DNA from: Hyphomicrobiales bacterium
GTDB taxonomy: Bacteria > Pseudomonadota > Alphaproteobacteria > Rhizobiales > JAJFHC01
Assembly: GCA_965227875.1 (NCBI GenBank)
Contig: OZ245783.1
Location: forward strand, 5,089,929 to 5,153,928
Direction: 5' to 3'
DNA length: 64,000 nucleotides
Below, piece after piece: positions 18,339-28,594 of the stretch. The notes below the pieces were generated by a model. That model saw nothing but the letters and a program-made list of their open reading frames with translations. It made no database searches and was not told the DNA's origin. Both the position numbers and the translations under genes were made by a program. Within the stretch, counting starts at the first letter, position 1, and the number at the start of each line of letters is the position of its first letter.

Positions 18339-19958
18339 TCACTGGCGCAGCCGGAAGCGCTGAACCTTGCCGGTCTGGGTCTTGGGCAGTTCTTCGATAA
18401 ACTCGACCGCACGCGGATACTTGTAGGGCGCGATGGTCGCCTTGACGTGTTCCTGGAGGGCCTTGACGAGTTCGGCATCGCCCACGAACCCGGACGCGGG
18501 AACCACGAAGGCCTTGACGATCTGGCCCCGCTCCTCGTCCGGCTCGCCGACGACGGCGCATTCGGCCACCGCGAGATGGCTGAGCAGCGCCGCCTCCACC
18601 TCCGGCCCGGCAATGTTGTACCCCGACGAGATGATCATGTCGTCGGCCCGCGCGGCGAAATGGAAATAGCCGTCGCTGTCCCTGAAGAAGGCATCTCCGG
18701 TGAGGTTCCAGCCATCGCGCACGTAACCGGACTGGCGGTCGTCCGCGAGATAGCGGCAGCCGGTGGGCCCGCGCACCGCCAGCTTGCCGGTCTCGCCCGT
18801 CTCCACGTCGTTCATGTCGTCGTCGACCACCCGCGCTTCGTAGCCGATGACGGGCTTGCCGGTGACGCCGGCATGATGATCCTGCGGCGTGTTGGTGATG
18901 AAGATGTGCAGAAGCTCCGTCGCGCCGATCCCGTCGAGAATGGGCACACCCGTCTTGCTGACCCAGTCGTTGAAAACCGGCGCGGGCAGCGTCTCTCCGG
19001 CGGACACGGCAAGCCGCAGGCTGGACAAGTCGGCCCCGTCATCCATCGCGCCCATCATCGCGCGATAGGCGGTAGGCGCGGTGAAACAGATCGTGGCCTT
19101 GTAGGTCTCGATGATCTTGATGAGGTTGGGCGGCGAGGCGTCTTCCAGCAGTGTCGCCGTCGCGCCGAACCGGAGCGGAAAGACCGCGAGACCCCCAAGA
19201 CCGAACGTAAAGGCCAGCGGCGGCGACCCCACGAAGACGTCGTCGGGCGTCACGTCCAGCACCGTCTTCGCATACCCGTCGGCGATGGCCAGGATATCGC
19301 GGTGGAAATGCATGGTCGCCTTTGGCTGGCCGGTCGTGCCCGAGGTGAACCCGAGAAGGGCCACATCGTCGCGACCCGTCTTCACCGCCTGGAAGCTCGT
19401 GGGCTTGGCGAGCGCGGCCTCGTCGAGTTCCGCCTCGTGATTGCGCGTGCCGTCGAAATAGACCACGCGCTTGAGGAACCGGCTGTCCTTCGCGCATTTC
19501 TCGATCTCGTCGGCGAGCCGGGTGTCGCACAGCGCAAGCGAGACCTCGGCCTTGTCCACCACCTTGGTCAGTTCGGCCGCCCGCAGCAGCGGCATGGTGT
19601 TGACGACGACAGCGCCCGCCTTGGTGGCGCCCAGCCAGGCCGCGACCATGGCCGGGTTGTTGCCCGAGCGGATCAGGATTCGGTTTCCGGGCTCGACGCC
19701 GTAGTCCTCGACCAGCGCGCGCGCGATCCGGTTCGACCAGTCGGCAAGTTCCCGGTAGGTACGCTTGCGACCGTTGCCGATCAGGGCAAAGCGGTCGCCG
19801 TGCCCGGCCTCGACCACCTTGTCGGTCAGTTCGACCGCCGCGTTTATGTACTCGGGATAGGTGTATTCCGGTCGGTCGAGGATGAGGTCCGGCCACTGCT
19901 CCGCCGGTGGCAGGTTGTCCCGCGAAAACGTGTCGGTATGCGCACTTGGTCCCAGCAT
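18339..19958 (-). CDS. AMP-dependent aromatic acid-CoA ligase (2-aminobenzoate/benzoate-CoA ligase-like)
   Basis: ATG at 19958 has AGGGAGG upstream. The AMP-binding motif is FTSGTTGQPKAT and the C-terminus contains PKTQTGKVQRF. Confidence 0.9.
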   Translation of the reverse strand: MLGPSAHTDTFSRDNLPPAEQWPDLILDRPEYTYPEYINAAVELTDKVVEAGHGDRFALIGNGRKRTYRELADWSNRIARALVEDYGVEPGNRILIRSGNNPAMVAAWLGATKAGAVVVNTMPLLRAAELTKVVDKAEVSLALCDTRLADEIEKCAKDSRFLKRVVYFDGTRNHEAELDEAALAKPTSFQAVKTGRDDVALLGFTSGTTGQPKATMHFHRDILAIADGYAKTVLDVTPDDVFVGSPPLAFTFGLGGLAVFPLRFGATATLLEDASPPNLIKIIETYKATICFTAPTAYRAMMGAMDDGADLSSLRLAVSAGETLPAPVFNDWVSKTGVPILDGIGATELLHIFITNTPQDHHAGVTGKPVIGYEARVVDDDMNDVETGETGKLAVRGPTGCRYLADDRQSGYVRDGWNLTGDAFFRDSDGYFHFAARADDMIISSGYNIAGPEVEAALLSHLAVAECAVVGEPDEERGQIVKAFVVPASGFVGDAELVKALQEHVKATIAPYKYPRAVEFIEELPKTQTGKVQRFRLRQ

Positions 19959-19959
19959 G

Positions 19960-21150
19960 TCACCCTCCCTGTGCAGACGACTGCGCCGCCTCGGCCAGAG
20001 CCTGGCGCGCGATGATGACTTTTTGCACTTCCGACGCCCCCTCGTAGATCCTGAGAGCCCTGATCTCGCGATAGAGGCGTTCGACGGCGTTGCCGGAGAC
20101 GACGCCATGCCCACCCTGGATCTGGACGGCGCGATCGATCACCGACTGGGCCGCTTCCGTCGCGTAGAGCTTGGCCATGGCCGCCTCTCGCGTCACCCGG
20201 GCGGCGCCGCTGTCCTTGGTCCAGGCGGACCGGTAGACCAGCAAAGCGGCCGCGTCGATCTCCAGCGCCATGTCGGCGATCATGCCCTGCACCAGCTGCA
20301 GTTCGCCCATCGGCGCCCCGAACAGGTGCCGGCCCGTCGCCCGCGTCAAAGACTCGTCGAGCGCCCGGCGCGCGAAACCGAGCCCGGCCGCCCCGACCGT
20401 CGACCGGAAGATATCGAGCGTCGCCATCGCTATCTTGAACCCCTGGCCCGGTTCCCCGAGCATCGCGTCCGCCGTGACCGAGCAGTCCCGGAACCCCAGC
20501 GTGGCCAGGGGATGCGGCGCAATCACTTCGATGCGTTGGTCGACCGAGAGCCCCGGGTTGTCCGCATCGACGATAAAGGCCGAAAGTCCTCGGGCCCCCT
20601 CGGCTTCCCCGGTCCGCGCGAACACCACATAAAAATCCGCGATGCCGCCGTTCGAGATCCAGGTCTTGGCCCCGTTGAGCACATAGCCGTTGCCGCTTCG
20701 CTCCGCGGTCGTCGCGAGCGCCGCGACGTCCGAACCCGCCTCGGGCTCGGAAAGGGCGAAGGCGGCGATCTTGTTGCCCGCCCTCACGTCACGCAGGTAG
20801 GCGTCCTTCTGGGCCTGCGTTCCCGCCAGCGTGATCGGGCCGCTGCCGAGCCCCTGCATGGCAAACGAGAAATCCGCAAGTCCGCTATGGCGCGACAGCG
20901 TCTCCCGGATGAGGCAAAGCGAACGCACATCGAGAGCGTCGAAACGCCCGCCCGCTGCGGCCGGCACGGCATAGTCGAGCCAGCCGCCAGCCGCGAGCGC
21001 CTTCACCAGTTCCCGGCAGGCCGCGTCGATCCGGTCACGCTCGGGTTCCTCGTCTGCAATATTGTCGCCCGCCCATGCGTCGAGCGCGCCGGCGAGATTC
21101 CGGTGATGGTCTTCGAAGAACGGCCAGTCGAGAAAGCTCCGGTCGGGCAT
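19960..21150 (-). CDS. Acyl-CoA dehydrogenase
   Basis: An ACAD-like sequence ([14 protein letters not shown] at the C-terminus). The ATG at 21150 lies 1 nt after the stop of the upstream hydratase gene. Confidence 0.9.
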   Translation of the reverse strand: MPDRSFLDWPFFEDHHRNLAGALDAWAGDNIADEEPERDRIDAACRELVKALAAGGWLDYAVPAAAGGRFDALDVRSLCLIRETLSRHSGLADFSFAMQGLGSGPITLAGTQAQKDAYLRDVRAGNKIAAFALSEPEAGSDVAALATTAERSGNGYVLNGAKTWISNGGIADFYVVFARTGEAEGARGLSAFIVDADNPGLSVDQRIEVIAPHPLATLGFRDCSVTADAMLGEPGQGFKIAMATLDIFRSTVGAAGLGFARRALDESLTRATGRHLFGAPMGELQLVQGMIADMALEIDAAALLVYRSAWTKDSGAARVTREAAMAKLYATEAAQSVIDRAVQIQGGHGVVSGNAVERLYREIRALRIYEGASEVQKVIIARQALAEAAQSSAQGG

Positions 21151-21151
21151 G

Positions 21152-21955
21152 TCAGTCTCCCTCGAAGGCGGGGCGCTCCTTGGCGACGAACGCGTCGTAG
21201 GCACGCCTGAAATCGCGGGTCTGCATGCAGATGGCCTGGGCCTGCGCCTCGGCCTCGATGGCCTGGTCGAGGCTCATGTTCCATTCCTGGTTGAGCATCG
21301 TCTTGGTCATCATGTGACCGAAATTGGGTCCGGCGGACAGTCTGGCGGCGAACGCCCGGGCTTCCGGCAGGACCTCGTCGGAGGCACAGAGCCGGTTGAA
21401 GAAGCCCCACCGTTCTCCCTCTTCCGCATTCATCGTACGGCCTGAGAACAGCAGCTCCGACGCCCGGCCCTGCCCGATCACCCTGGGCAACAGCGCGCAC
21501 GCCCCCATGTCGCAGCCCGCCAGACCGACACGCACGAACAGGAAGGCGGTTTTCGCGTCCGGTGTGCCGAAACGGATGTCCGACGCCAGGGCGATCATGG
21601 CGCCGGCCCCGACGCAGACACCGTCGATCGCGCTGATCACGGGCTGGGGACAGGCCCGGATCGCCTTGACCAGGTCACCGGTCATTCTCGTGAAGGCGAG
21701 CAGGCCTTTCATGTCCTTGTCCAGAAGCGGGCCGATGATCTCGTGCACGTCTCCGCCTGAACAGAAATTGCCGCCCTCGCCGGTGATCACCACGGAGTTG
21801 ATGTCATCGGCGTAGACCAGGGCCCTGAAACAGTCCCGGAGTTCCGCATAGGAATCGAACGTGAGCGGGTTCTTCCGCTCCGGCCGGTTCAGCGTGACCG
21901 TCGCCACGTCGCCTTCGACCGACCAGTCGAAATGTCGAGGTTTGAAGTCCTTCAC
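21152..21955 (-). CDS. Enoyl-CoA hydratase/isomerase family protein
   Basis: 267-aa ORF with crotonase motifs ([30 protein letters not shown]). Confidence 0.9.
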   Translation of the reverse strand: MKDFKPRHFDWSVEGDVATVTLNRPERKNPLTFDSYAELRDCFRALVYADDINSVVITGEGGNFCSGGDVHEIIGPLLDKDMKGLLAFTRMTGDLVKAIRACPQPVISAIDGVCVGAGAMIALASDIRFGTPDAKTAFLFVRVGLAGCDMGACALLPRVIGQGRASELLFSGRTMNAEEGERWGFFNRLCASDEVLPEARAFAARLSAGPNFGHMMTKTMLNQEWNMSLDQAIEAEAQAQAICMQTRDFRRAYDAFVAKERPAFEGD

Positions 21956-22431
21956 TTGTCTGCTCCCTTGCCGGCCGAATCCTTGAGCGTGCCCAGAAGA
22001 GCGGAAAGCTCAGCGGAATCCTTTTCGTCCAGACCTTCGAAGAGTTCGTCGATCCAGCGGGCATGTTCGGCGGCCATTTTCTCGAAACGTTTCCTGCCCT
22101 TTTCTGACAGCGACACGTAGGACGAACGCCGATCGGCCGGATGCGGCACCCGCATCACCAGCCCCTCGTCCGTCATCCTGTCGACCAGTCCCGTCACGTT
22201 GCCGTTGGAGACCATGAGCTGTCGCGAAAGATCGCTCATCGTTAGGCCTTCGTCGGACCGCGCTAGCGAGGCCAGCACGTCGAAGCGCGGCAGCGTGGTC
22301 TCGAAGTCCTGTCGCAGACGGGTCCTGATGGTCTGTTCGATCTGGGTCGTGCAGGTCAGAAGCCGCAACCAGAGGCGCAGACGGTCCCGTGTGCGGTCCG
22401 GAAGGGCTTGCATATAGATGGTTTCACTCAT
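21952..22431 (-). CDS. MarR-family transcriptional regulator embedded in the operon
   Basis: The winged helix is [30 protein letters not shown]. The ATG at 22431 overlaps the SDR stop (ATGA), and its own stop overlaps the hydratase start. Confidence 0.85.
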   Translation of the reverse strand: MSETIYMQALPDRTRDRLRLWLRLLTCTTQIEQTIRTRLRQDFETTLPRFDVLASLARSDEGLTMSDLSRQLMVSNGNVTGLVDRMTDEGLVMRVPHPADRRSSYVSLSEKGRKRFEKMAAEHARWIDELFEGLDEKDSAELSALLGTLKDSAGKGADK

Positions 22432-23204
22432 GACATGATTTCTCCGCCGGCCACCGCGATCGCCTGACCGGTAATGGCCGATGCCTCGCCGCGACACAGC
22501 CAGAGCACTGTGTCGGCGACATCGCCCGAGGTGATGAAGCGGCCGAGCGGGTTGGTGCGCATGAGGGCCTTGCGGGCCTCCCCTTCGCTACGGCCGGTCT
22601 TTTCCATGATGTTGCGGATGGACTCGTCGAGCAGGTCGGTTTCCGTGAACCCCGGACACACCGCATTCACCGTGACCCCGCTGCGCGCATATTCGAGCGC
22701 GAGCGCCCGCGTCAGACCGATCACACCGTGCTTGGCGGCGCAATATGCCGCGACATAGGGGTATCCCGTGAGGCCCGCCGTGCTTGCGACCGAGACCACG
22801 CGCCCGGACCCGTTCGACGCCATCGTGTCGATGACCGCGCGGGTGCAGTTGAAGACGCCCGTGAGGTTCACGCCCAGCATGGACTGCCACAGGGCGCTCT
22901 CCGTCTTGCCGAAGGGCGCGGAGGAGGCAGCACCGGCATTGTTGACGAGAATGGAGATATCACCATGCGCGGCGCTCGCTTCACCGAAGGCGCGCGCGAC
23001 ATCGCCTTCGTCGGTCACGTCGCACCGGACGGGCGCAACACCGTCATGTTCGGCCGCCATGTCCGCAAGCGCCTTCGCGTTCCGACCCATGATGGTGACC
23101 GCGGCGCCCTCGCCGGCCAGCACCCGCGCGATTTCTGCGCCGATGCCGCGGCCGCCACCGGTCACGACCGCATGCTGTCCCGAAAGCTGGCCTTTCGCAC
23201 TCAT
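22428..23204 (-). CDS. Short-chain dehydrogenase/reductase (3-hydroxyacyl-CoA dehydrogenase-like)
   Basis: 258 aa with TGGGRGIG and YCAAK motifs. Confidence 0.9.
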   Translation of the reverse strand: MSAKGQLSGQHAVVTGGGRGIGAEIARVLAGEGAAVTIMGRNAKALADMAAEHDGVAPVRCDVTDEGDVARAFGEASAAHGDISILVNNAGAASSAPFGKTESALWQSMLGVNLTGVFNCTRAVIDTMASNGSGRVVSVASTAGLTGYPYVAAYCAAKHGVIGLTRALALEYARSGVTVNAVCPGFTETDLLDESIRNIMEKTGRSEGEARKALMRTNPLGRFITSGDVADTVLWLCRGEASAITGQAIAVAGGEIMS

Positions 23205-25492
23205 ACCTTGATGGCCGCCATGTCGGCTGCCCTCTGCATGTTGCGCTCGATCTGGGCCTTTCCGGGCAGGTACTGGGGCGGCCAGGCCTGTGCACCATAT
23301 CCCTGCTCGGCCGCGGCCCTCAAGGTCCAGTGGGGATCCGTCAGGTGGGGGCGCGCAAGACAGCAGATGTCGGCACGTCCCGCCATCAGGATCGAGTTGA
23401 CGTGGTCCGGCTCGAAAATGTTCCCGACCGCCATGGTCGCGATGCCGGCCTCGTTGCGGATCCGGTCCGAAAACGGCGTCTGGAACATCCGCCCGTAGAC
23501 CGGTTCGGCAAGCGGTGTCGTCTGTCCGGCCGAAACGTCGATGATGTCCATCCCGGCCTCCCGGAAAGCCCGTGCGATCTCGACCGCATCATCCGGTGTC
23601 ACGCCTTCGTCGCCTACCCAGTCGTTGGCCGAGAGGCGCACCGACATCGGCTTGTCGTCCGGCCACACCTCGCGCACCGCGTGAAAGACCTCCAGCGGGA
23701 ACCGCAAACGGTTCTCGAGGCTGCCGCCGTACGCATCTTCGCGCCGGTTGGTGAGCGGCGTGATGAACGCGGACATGAGGTAACCATGGGCATAGTGGAG
23801 TTCGAGCATGTCGAACCCGCAACGCTGCGCCATGCGCGCCGCAGCGACATGTTCGTCGCGGACCTTCTCCATGTCCGCCCGCGTCATCTCGCGCGGCACC
23901 TGGTTCCGGTCCGTCCAGGGGATGGCGGATGGCGCCATGACCTCCCAGTTGCCCGACTCGAGCGGCAGGTCCGCCCCTTCCCACCCGAGGCCCGTAGACC
24001 CTTTCGGGCCCGCATGGCCCAGCTGCACGGCAAACTTCGCCTCGCTGTGTCCGTGCACGAATTCGACGATGCGCTTCCACGCCTCCTCGTGCTCAGGCGC
24101 GTAGAGCCCCGCACAGCCCGGCGTGATCCGGCCCTCCGCGCTGACATCGGTCATTTCGGTGAAGATCAGGCCGGCCCCGCCCTGCGCCCGTGCGCCATAG
24201 TGGACCAGATGAAAGTCGTTGGGGGTGCCGTCGACGGCGGAATACATCGACATGGGAGAGACGGCGACACGGTTCACGAGTTCCATCCCGCGCAACCTGA
24301 ACGGGGCGAACATCGGCGGCCGCGCGACCGTTTCCTCGCGGCCGGTGGCCTGCGACAGGAACCATTTCTCCGCGCCTTCGAGCCATTCGGCGTCCCGCAG
24401 CCGGAGGTTCTCGTGGCTGACGCGCTGGCTGCGCGTGAGCAGCGAGTAGGTGAACTGCACCGGGTCAAGGTCGAAGTAGCGCTCGATCTCCTCGAACCAC
24501 TCCGTCGAGTTGCGCGCCGTGCTCTGCAGCCTCAGGACCTCCACGCGGCGTTTCGTTTCATACTCCTCGAAGGCCGCGTCCCGCGAGGGGGCCTCGTGCA
24601 GAAGCGCTGCGAGGTCGATGGCGTCTTCCATGGCGAGCTTGGTGCCAGATCCGATCGAGAAATGCGCCGTATGCGCGGCGTCGCCCATGAGCACGATGTT
24701 GCCGTGGCTCCACCGCTCGCAGGACACCCGCGGGAAATTCAGCCAGGCAGACCCGCGCAGGTGCGCCGCGTTGCTCATGAGGGAATGCCCGTCGAGATAT
24801 TTCGCGAAGACCTTTTCGCAGACCTCGATGGCGCCATTGGTATCGAGCTCGTCGAAACCGAAGTTTCTCCAGGTCTCCTCCGAGCACTCGACGATGAACG
24901 TGGAGGTGTCGGACTGGAACCGGTAGGCATGGACCCAGATCCAGCCGTGCTCCGTCTCCTCGAATATGAAGGTGAAGGCGTCGAAAAGCTTGTGCGTGCC
25001 CAGCCAGATGAACTTGTTGCGGCGTGTGTCGATGTCGGGCCGGAAAGCGTCGGCATAGCGCGTCCGCACCTTGCTGTTCAGGCCGTCCGACGCGACGATC
25101 AGGTCGGCGTCCTTCCAGGCCTCGAGCGCGTCGACCTCGGTCTGGAACTCGAGATTGACCCCCAGTTCCCGTGCCCGGTCCTGCAGCAGGTTCAGAAGCC
25201 GCTTGCGTCCGATGCCGCAGAAGCCGTGCCCGCCGGACGTGACGGTCTGCCCGCGAAAATGCACGTCGATGTCATCCCAGTGGGCGAAATTCTCGAGGAT
25301 TGCCTTGGCACTGACCGGGTCGTTCCGCTCGAGGTTCTCGAGGGTCTCGTCAGAGAGCACCACGCCCCATCCGAACGTGTCGTCGGGGCGGTTGCGCTCC
25401 ACGACCGTGATGTCATGCGACGGGTCGCGCAGCTTCATCGAGATCGCGAAGTAGAGCCCCGCCGGGCCGCCGCCGATGCACGCAACTTTCAT
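23201..25492 (-). CDS. Bifunctional FAD monooxygenase / Old-Yellow-Enzyme reductase (2-aminobenzoyl-CoA monooxygenase-reductase / salicylyl-CoA 5-hydroxylase family)
   Basis: The start is taken at [16 protein letters not shown] (ATG 25492). The N-terminal half is a flavin hydroxylase and the C-terminal half is an OYE-like TIM barrel ([29 protein letters not shown]). Confidence 0.9.
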   Translation of the reverse strand: MKVACIGGGPAGLYFAISMKLRDPSHDITVVERNRPDDTFGWGVVLSDETLENLERNDPVSAKAILENFAHWDDIDVHFRGQTVTSGGHGFCGIGRKRLLNLLQDRARELGVNLEFQTEVDALEAWKDADLIVASDGLNSKVRTRYADAFRPDIDTRRNKFIWLGTHKLFDAFTFIFEETEHGWIWVHAYRFQSDTSTFIVECSEETWRNFGFDELDTNGAIEVCEKVFAKYLDGHSLMSNAAHLRGSAWLNFPRVSCERWSHGNIVLMGDAAHTAHFSIGSGTKLAMEDAIDLAALLHEAPSRDAAFEEYETKRRVEVLRLQSTARNSTEWFEEIERYFDLDPVQFTYSLLTRSQRVSHENLRLRDAEWLEGAEKWFLSQATGREETVARPPMFAPFRLRGMELVNRVAVSPMSMYSAVDGTPNDFHLVHYGARAQGGAGLIFTEMTDVSAEGRITPGCAGLYAPEHEEAWKRIVEFVHGHSEAKFAVQLGHAGPKGSTGLGWEGADLPLESGNWEVMAPSAIPWTDRNQVPREMTRADMEKVRDEHVAAARMAQRCGFDMLELHYAHGYLMSAFITPLTNRREDAYGGSLENRLRFPLEVFHAVREVWPDDKPMSVRLSANDWVGDEGVTPDDAVEIARAFREAGMDIIDVSAGQTTPLAEPVYGRMFQTPFSDRIRNEAGIATMAVGNIFEPDHVNSILMAGRADICCLARPHLTDPHWTLRAAAEQGYGAQAWPPQYLPGKAQIERNMQRAADMAAIKV

Positions 25493-25553
25493 CGAAGTCC
25501 CTCCGGTTGCCGCACAACCTCGCGCATTTACGCATGTCGCCAATCTGTTTTCA

Positions 25554-25578
25554 ATGTAAAATATTTCTATGTGAAATA
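25554..25578. promoter_or_regulatory. Direct repeat ATGTAAAATA / ATGTGAAATA in AT-rich promoter region of the aromatic-CoA operon
   Basis: The two 10-mers start 15 bp apart, 60-85 nt upstream of the hydroxylase start. This is a possible MarR site or promoter element. Confidence 0.3.
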
Positions 25579-25617
25579 ATCTCGGCCACTTCTTGTTCCT
25601 GCGTTACGACGGCAGTT

Positions 25618-26859
25618 TCAGCCGACGGGCGCAGAGCGTTTCAGGCCGGCGAAGAAGGGCACCAGGGCGAGCGACATGAGCAGGGCCGCAGCCAGGAATG
25701 GCGCGCCGGGAAAATACACCGGGGCATCCTCTCCGGCGAAATACCCGAACAGCTGGGTCATCACGAGCGGGCTGATGATCATCGTGATCCCGGCGATGGA
25801 CGACAGCACGCCCTGCAGTTCACCCTGCACGTCGTCGGAAACCCTGTTCGCCATAACCGCGGTGATCGCCGGCGTGATGACGGCGCCCAGTGCGATCACC
25901 GGCATCAGCACGTAGACCATCCAGCCCTGTGTCACGAAGGCGAGCACCGCGAGCCCCGCAATGCTGAAACCGAATCCGGCCACGGCGGTGTTCACCTCCC
26001 CCGCCTTCGGCAGCATGAGGCGGATCAGCCAGCCCTGCACGATGACGAAGCCCACCCCGACGACCGCAAGCGAGATACCGACCTCCGCCGCGCCCCAGGA
26101 GAACGCCTCCCGCGTGTAGAACGCCCAGACGGCGGGATAGACATAATGGGCGATATTGAACAGGAACATGGCTAGGAAAAACCACGCCAGTCCCGGCATC
26201 CGGCCGATCTGCCGAGTCGCCCCCAATGGATTCGCCCGAAGGAGAGAGAATGGGCGGCGCTTGGAAACGGGAAGGGATTCCGGCAGCACCACGAGACCGT
26301 AGATCGCGTTGAGCCCCGCCAGCGCGGCCGCCACGAAGAACGGTGCCCGTACGCCCAGTTCTCCGGCCAGCCCGCCGATCACCGGTCCGACGACGAACCC
26401 GAGGCCGAACCCCGCACCCAGGAGACCGAAGTTCTGGGCCCGCTGGTCTGCGGGGCTCACGTCGGCGACAAATGCGTTGGCCGTTGAATAGGTCGCACCT
26501 GCGATGCCCGCGATCATGCGCCCGAGAAAGAGCAGCCACAGCGAATGCGCGAACCCCATGATGACGTAATCGACGGCGAGCGCCGCAAGCGAGACCAGAA
26601 GAACCGGCCGGCGGCCGAAACTGTCGGAAAGGTTGCCCACGAATGGCCCGAAGAGGAACTGCATGAGGGCATAGACGAAGGTCAGATAACCGCCCCAGAT
26701 CGCCGCCTCGTCGAGCGACAGCCCCGACAGTTCCTGCAGCAGGTCCGGTGTGACGGGGACGATTATGCCTATTCCGACAGCATCTAGAAAGACCGTCACG
26801 AACACGAACAGGGTCGCATGGCGTTCGAATCGCCCCTTGCGTGCGTCGGATCCGTCCAT
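25618..26859 (-). CDS. MFS transporter, TCR/Tet-like
   Basis: The true start is ATG 26859 (GGAGG upstream), giving MDGSDARKGRFERHATLFVFVTVFLDAVGIGIIVP... Motif A is GNLSDSFGRRPVLL. The 815-aa track ORF is this gene plus an antisense shadow of the SDR gene. Confidence 0.85.
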   Translation of the reverse strand: MDGSDARKGRFERHATLFVFVTVFLDAVGIGIIVPVTPDLLQELSGLSLDEAAIWGGYLTFVYALMQFLFGPFVGNLSDSFGRRPVLLVSLAALAVDYVIMGFAHSLWLLFLGRMIAGIAGATYSTANAFVADVSPADQRAQNFGLLGAGFGLGFVVGPVIGGLAGELGVRAPFFVAAALAGLNAIYGLVVLPESLPVSKRRPFSLLRANPLGATRQIGRMPGLAWFFLAMFLFNIAHYVYPAVWAFYTREAFSWGAAEVGISLAVVGVGFVIVQGWLIRLMLPKAGEVNTAVAGFGFSIAGLAVLAFVTQGWMVYVLMPVIALGAVITPAITAVMANRVSDDVQGELQGVLSSIAGITMIISPLVMTQLFGYFAGEDAPVYFPGAPFLAAALLMSLALVPFFAGLKRSAPVG

Positions 26860-27006
26860 GCAAACCTCCGGACCGGGCACGAACCGCGAATTCGTGCACC
26901 GTGATTTGGGAAACCACCTTGCGGGCCGCAAACGTGTATTCGATAAACGGGCGATAGGAAACCGGCAGCCGCACTTGGACGGATGCCCGTCTGAAAGGAA
27001 ATGCGC

Positions 27007-27762
27007 ATGACAGACTTCAAGACCGCCGTGGTGACCGGTGCGGGATCGGGCGTGGGACGCGCCGTCGCTCTCGGCCTCCAGGCCGCCGGCTACAACGTGG
27101 CGCTTGCCGGCCGCCGGGCGGAACAGCTCGAGGAGACCGCCGGTATGGCCTCGTCGGAAGGTGGCGCCATGCGGGCGGTGCCGACCGACGTCACTGACGA
27201 GGACGCCGTTCGCAGTCTCTTCGACGGCACCGTCGACGCGTTCGGCAGGCTCGACCTGCTCTTCAACAATGCCGGCATCGGCGCCCCCGCCATCCCGATG
27301 GAGGAACTTACCGCGGACCAGTGGCGTGCGGTCGTGGACATCAACCTGACCGGCTCCTTCCTTTGCGCCCAGCAGGCGATCCGCATCATGAAGGCCCAGG
27401 ATCCCAAGGGCGGCCGGATTATCAACAACGGCTCCATCTCGGCCCATGTCCCCCGCCCCTTCTCCGCGCCCTACACGTCGACGAAGCACGCCATTACCGG
27501 ACTGACGAAATCGATCTCCCTCGACAACCGCAGCCACAACATCGCCTGCGGCCAGATCGACATCGGCAATGCCGCCACACCCATGACGGAGCGCATGAAC
27601 AAGGGTGTTCCGCAGGCCGACGGATCGATGGCCGTGGAGTCGCGCATGGACGTCAAGCACGTGGCCGACGCGGTCGTCTACATGGCAAGCCTGCCGCTGG
27701 ACGCCAATGTCTTCACCATGACGGTGATGTCGAACACGATGCCGTTTGTCGGTCGCGGCTGA
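27007..27762 (+). CDS. Short-chain dehydrogenase/reductase
   Basis: Sequence [19 protein letters not shown]... with a YTSTKHA active-site region. ATG 27001 is an alternative start. Confidence 0.85.
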   Translation: MTDFKTAVVTGAGSGVGRAVALGLQAAGYNVALAGRRAEQLEETAGMASSEGGAMRAVPTDVTDEDAVRSLFDGTVDAFGRLDLLFNNAGIGAPAIPMEELTADQWRAVVDINLTGSFLCAQQAIRIMKAQDPKGGRIINNGSISAHVPRPFSAPYTSTKHAITGLTKSISLDNRSHNIACGQIDIGNAATPMTERMNKGVPQADGSMAVESRMDVKHVADAVVYMASLPLDANVFTMTVMSNTMPFVGRG

Positions 27763-27814
27763 GCCGGGCGCGGGGTTTTCCGGCATCGTCCGGGGTTGGA
27801 ACGAGAGAGGCTCG

Positions 27815-28585
27815 ATGACGTCTCCTTTGAGCGATCTGGATCTCCGCTCGCTGGCGCCGGACGACACCGCCCTCCTGCTCGACCTCGACGGCACACTGGC
27901 GGCAATCGTCGACAGGCCCGGCGATGCCGTCGTGACCGCTTCCGCAAGGCGGACGCTGTCGCGGTTGCGAAGCGCGCTCTCCGGCGCTGTCGCGATCGTC
28001 TCCGGCAGACCAATCGCCGACGTGGACCGGATGCTTGCCCCGGACCGGTTGCCGGTCGCCGGCATTCACGGCATCGAGCGCCGTGACGCGCGGGGCGGGC
28101 TCCACCTGTCCGACGTCGATTACGACAGGCTCGACGCGGTGATCCGCGCGCTCGAGGAGCAGACGGCACATGCGAACGGCCTGCTCGTCGAGAAGAAGCC
28201 GGGCGCCGTCACCCTGCACTATCGCGCCCGGCCCGATCTCGGGCCGGACTGCGAAAGGATCGTCTCGGCACTAGTCGATGCGCACCCGGGTATCGTTCTC
28301 CTGCGCGGCAAGATGGTGTTCGAACTGAAGATGAACGACCGGACAAAAGCCGAGGCGGTCCGGGATTTCATGACCGAGTCGCCCTTCAGGTCGCGGCGGC
28401 CGGTTTATGCCGGCGACGACACAACCGACGAGGACGCGTTTCAGGCCGTCCGCGCGCTTGGTGGCATAGCGATCAAGGTCGGCGACGGTGACACGGCTGC
28501 CGGATACCGCGTATCGGGAACGGCTGAGTTTCTCGGCTGGCTCTCCTTGCTGTCGGACCACATGACAGACAGAATGGAAACGTAA
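27815..28585 (+). CDS. otsB: Trehalose-6-phosphate phosphatase
   Basis: HAD motif LLLDLDGTLA, and GDDTTDEDAF near the C-terminus. The internal ATG at 27815 is preferred over the track start at 27746. Confidence 0.85.
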   Translation: MTSPLSDLDLRSLAPDDTALLLDLDGTLAAIVDRPGDAVVTASARRTLSRLRSALSGAVAIVSGRPIADVDRMLAPDRLPVAGIHGIERRDARGGLHLSDVDYDRLDAVIRALEEQTAHANGLLVEKKPGAVTLHYRARPDLGPDCERIVSALVDAHPGIVLLRGKMVFELKMNDRTKAEAVRDFMTESPFRSRRPVYAGDDTTDEDAFQAVRALGGIAIKVGDGDTAAGYRVSGTAEFLGWLSLLSDHMTDRMET

Positions 28586-28594
28586 CAACAGGAG

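Noticed and set aside
18447-20015. 522-aa plus-strand ORF opposite the aryl-CoA ligase.
   Set aside because: It is an antisense shadow; the AMP-binding motifs lie in the minus frame.
23330-25579. 749-aa plus-strand ORF opposite the hydroxylase/OYE gene.
   Set aside because: It is an antisense shadow with an Arg/Val/Pro-rich translation and no recognisable domain.
26860-28065. Upstream two-thirds of the 815-aa minus-strand ORF (25618..28065).
   Set aside because: Only 25618-26859 reads as a protein (an MFS transporter with its own SD and ATG). The rest is the antisense shadow of the plus-strand SDR and otsB genes, with Arg/Gly/Ala-rich nonsense composition.
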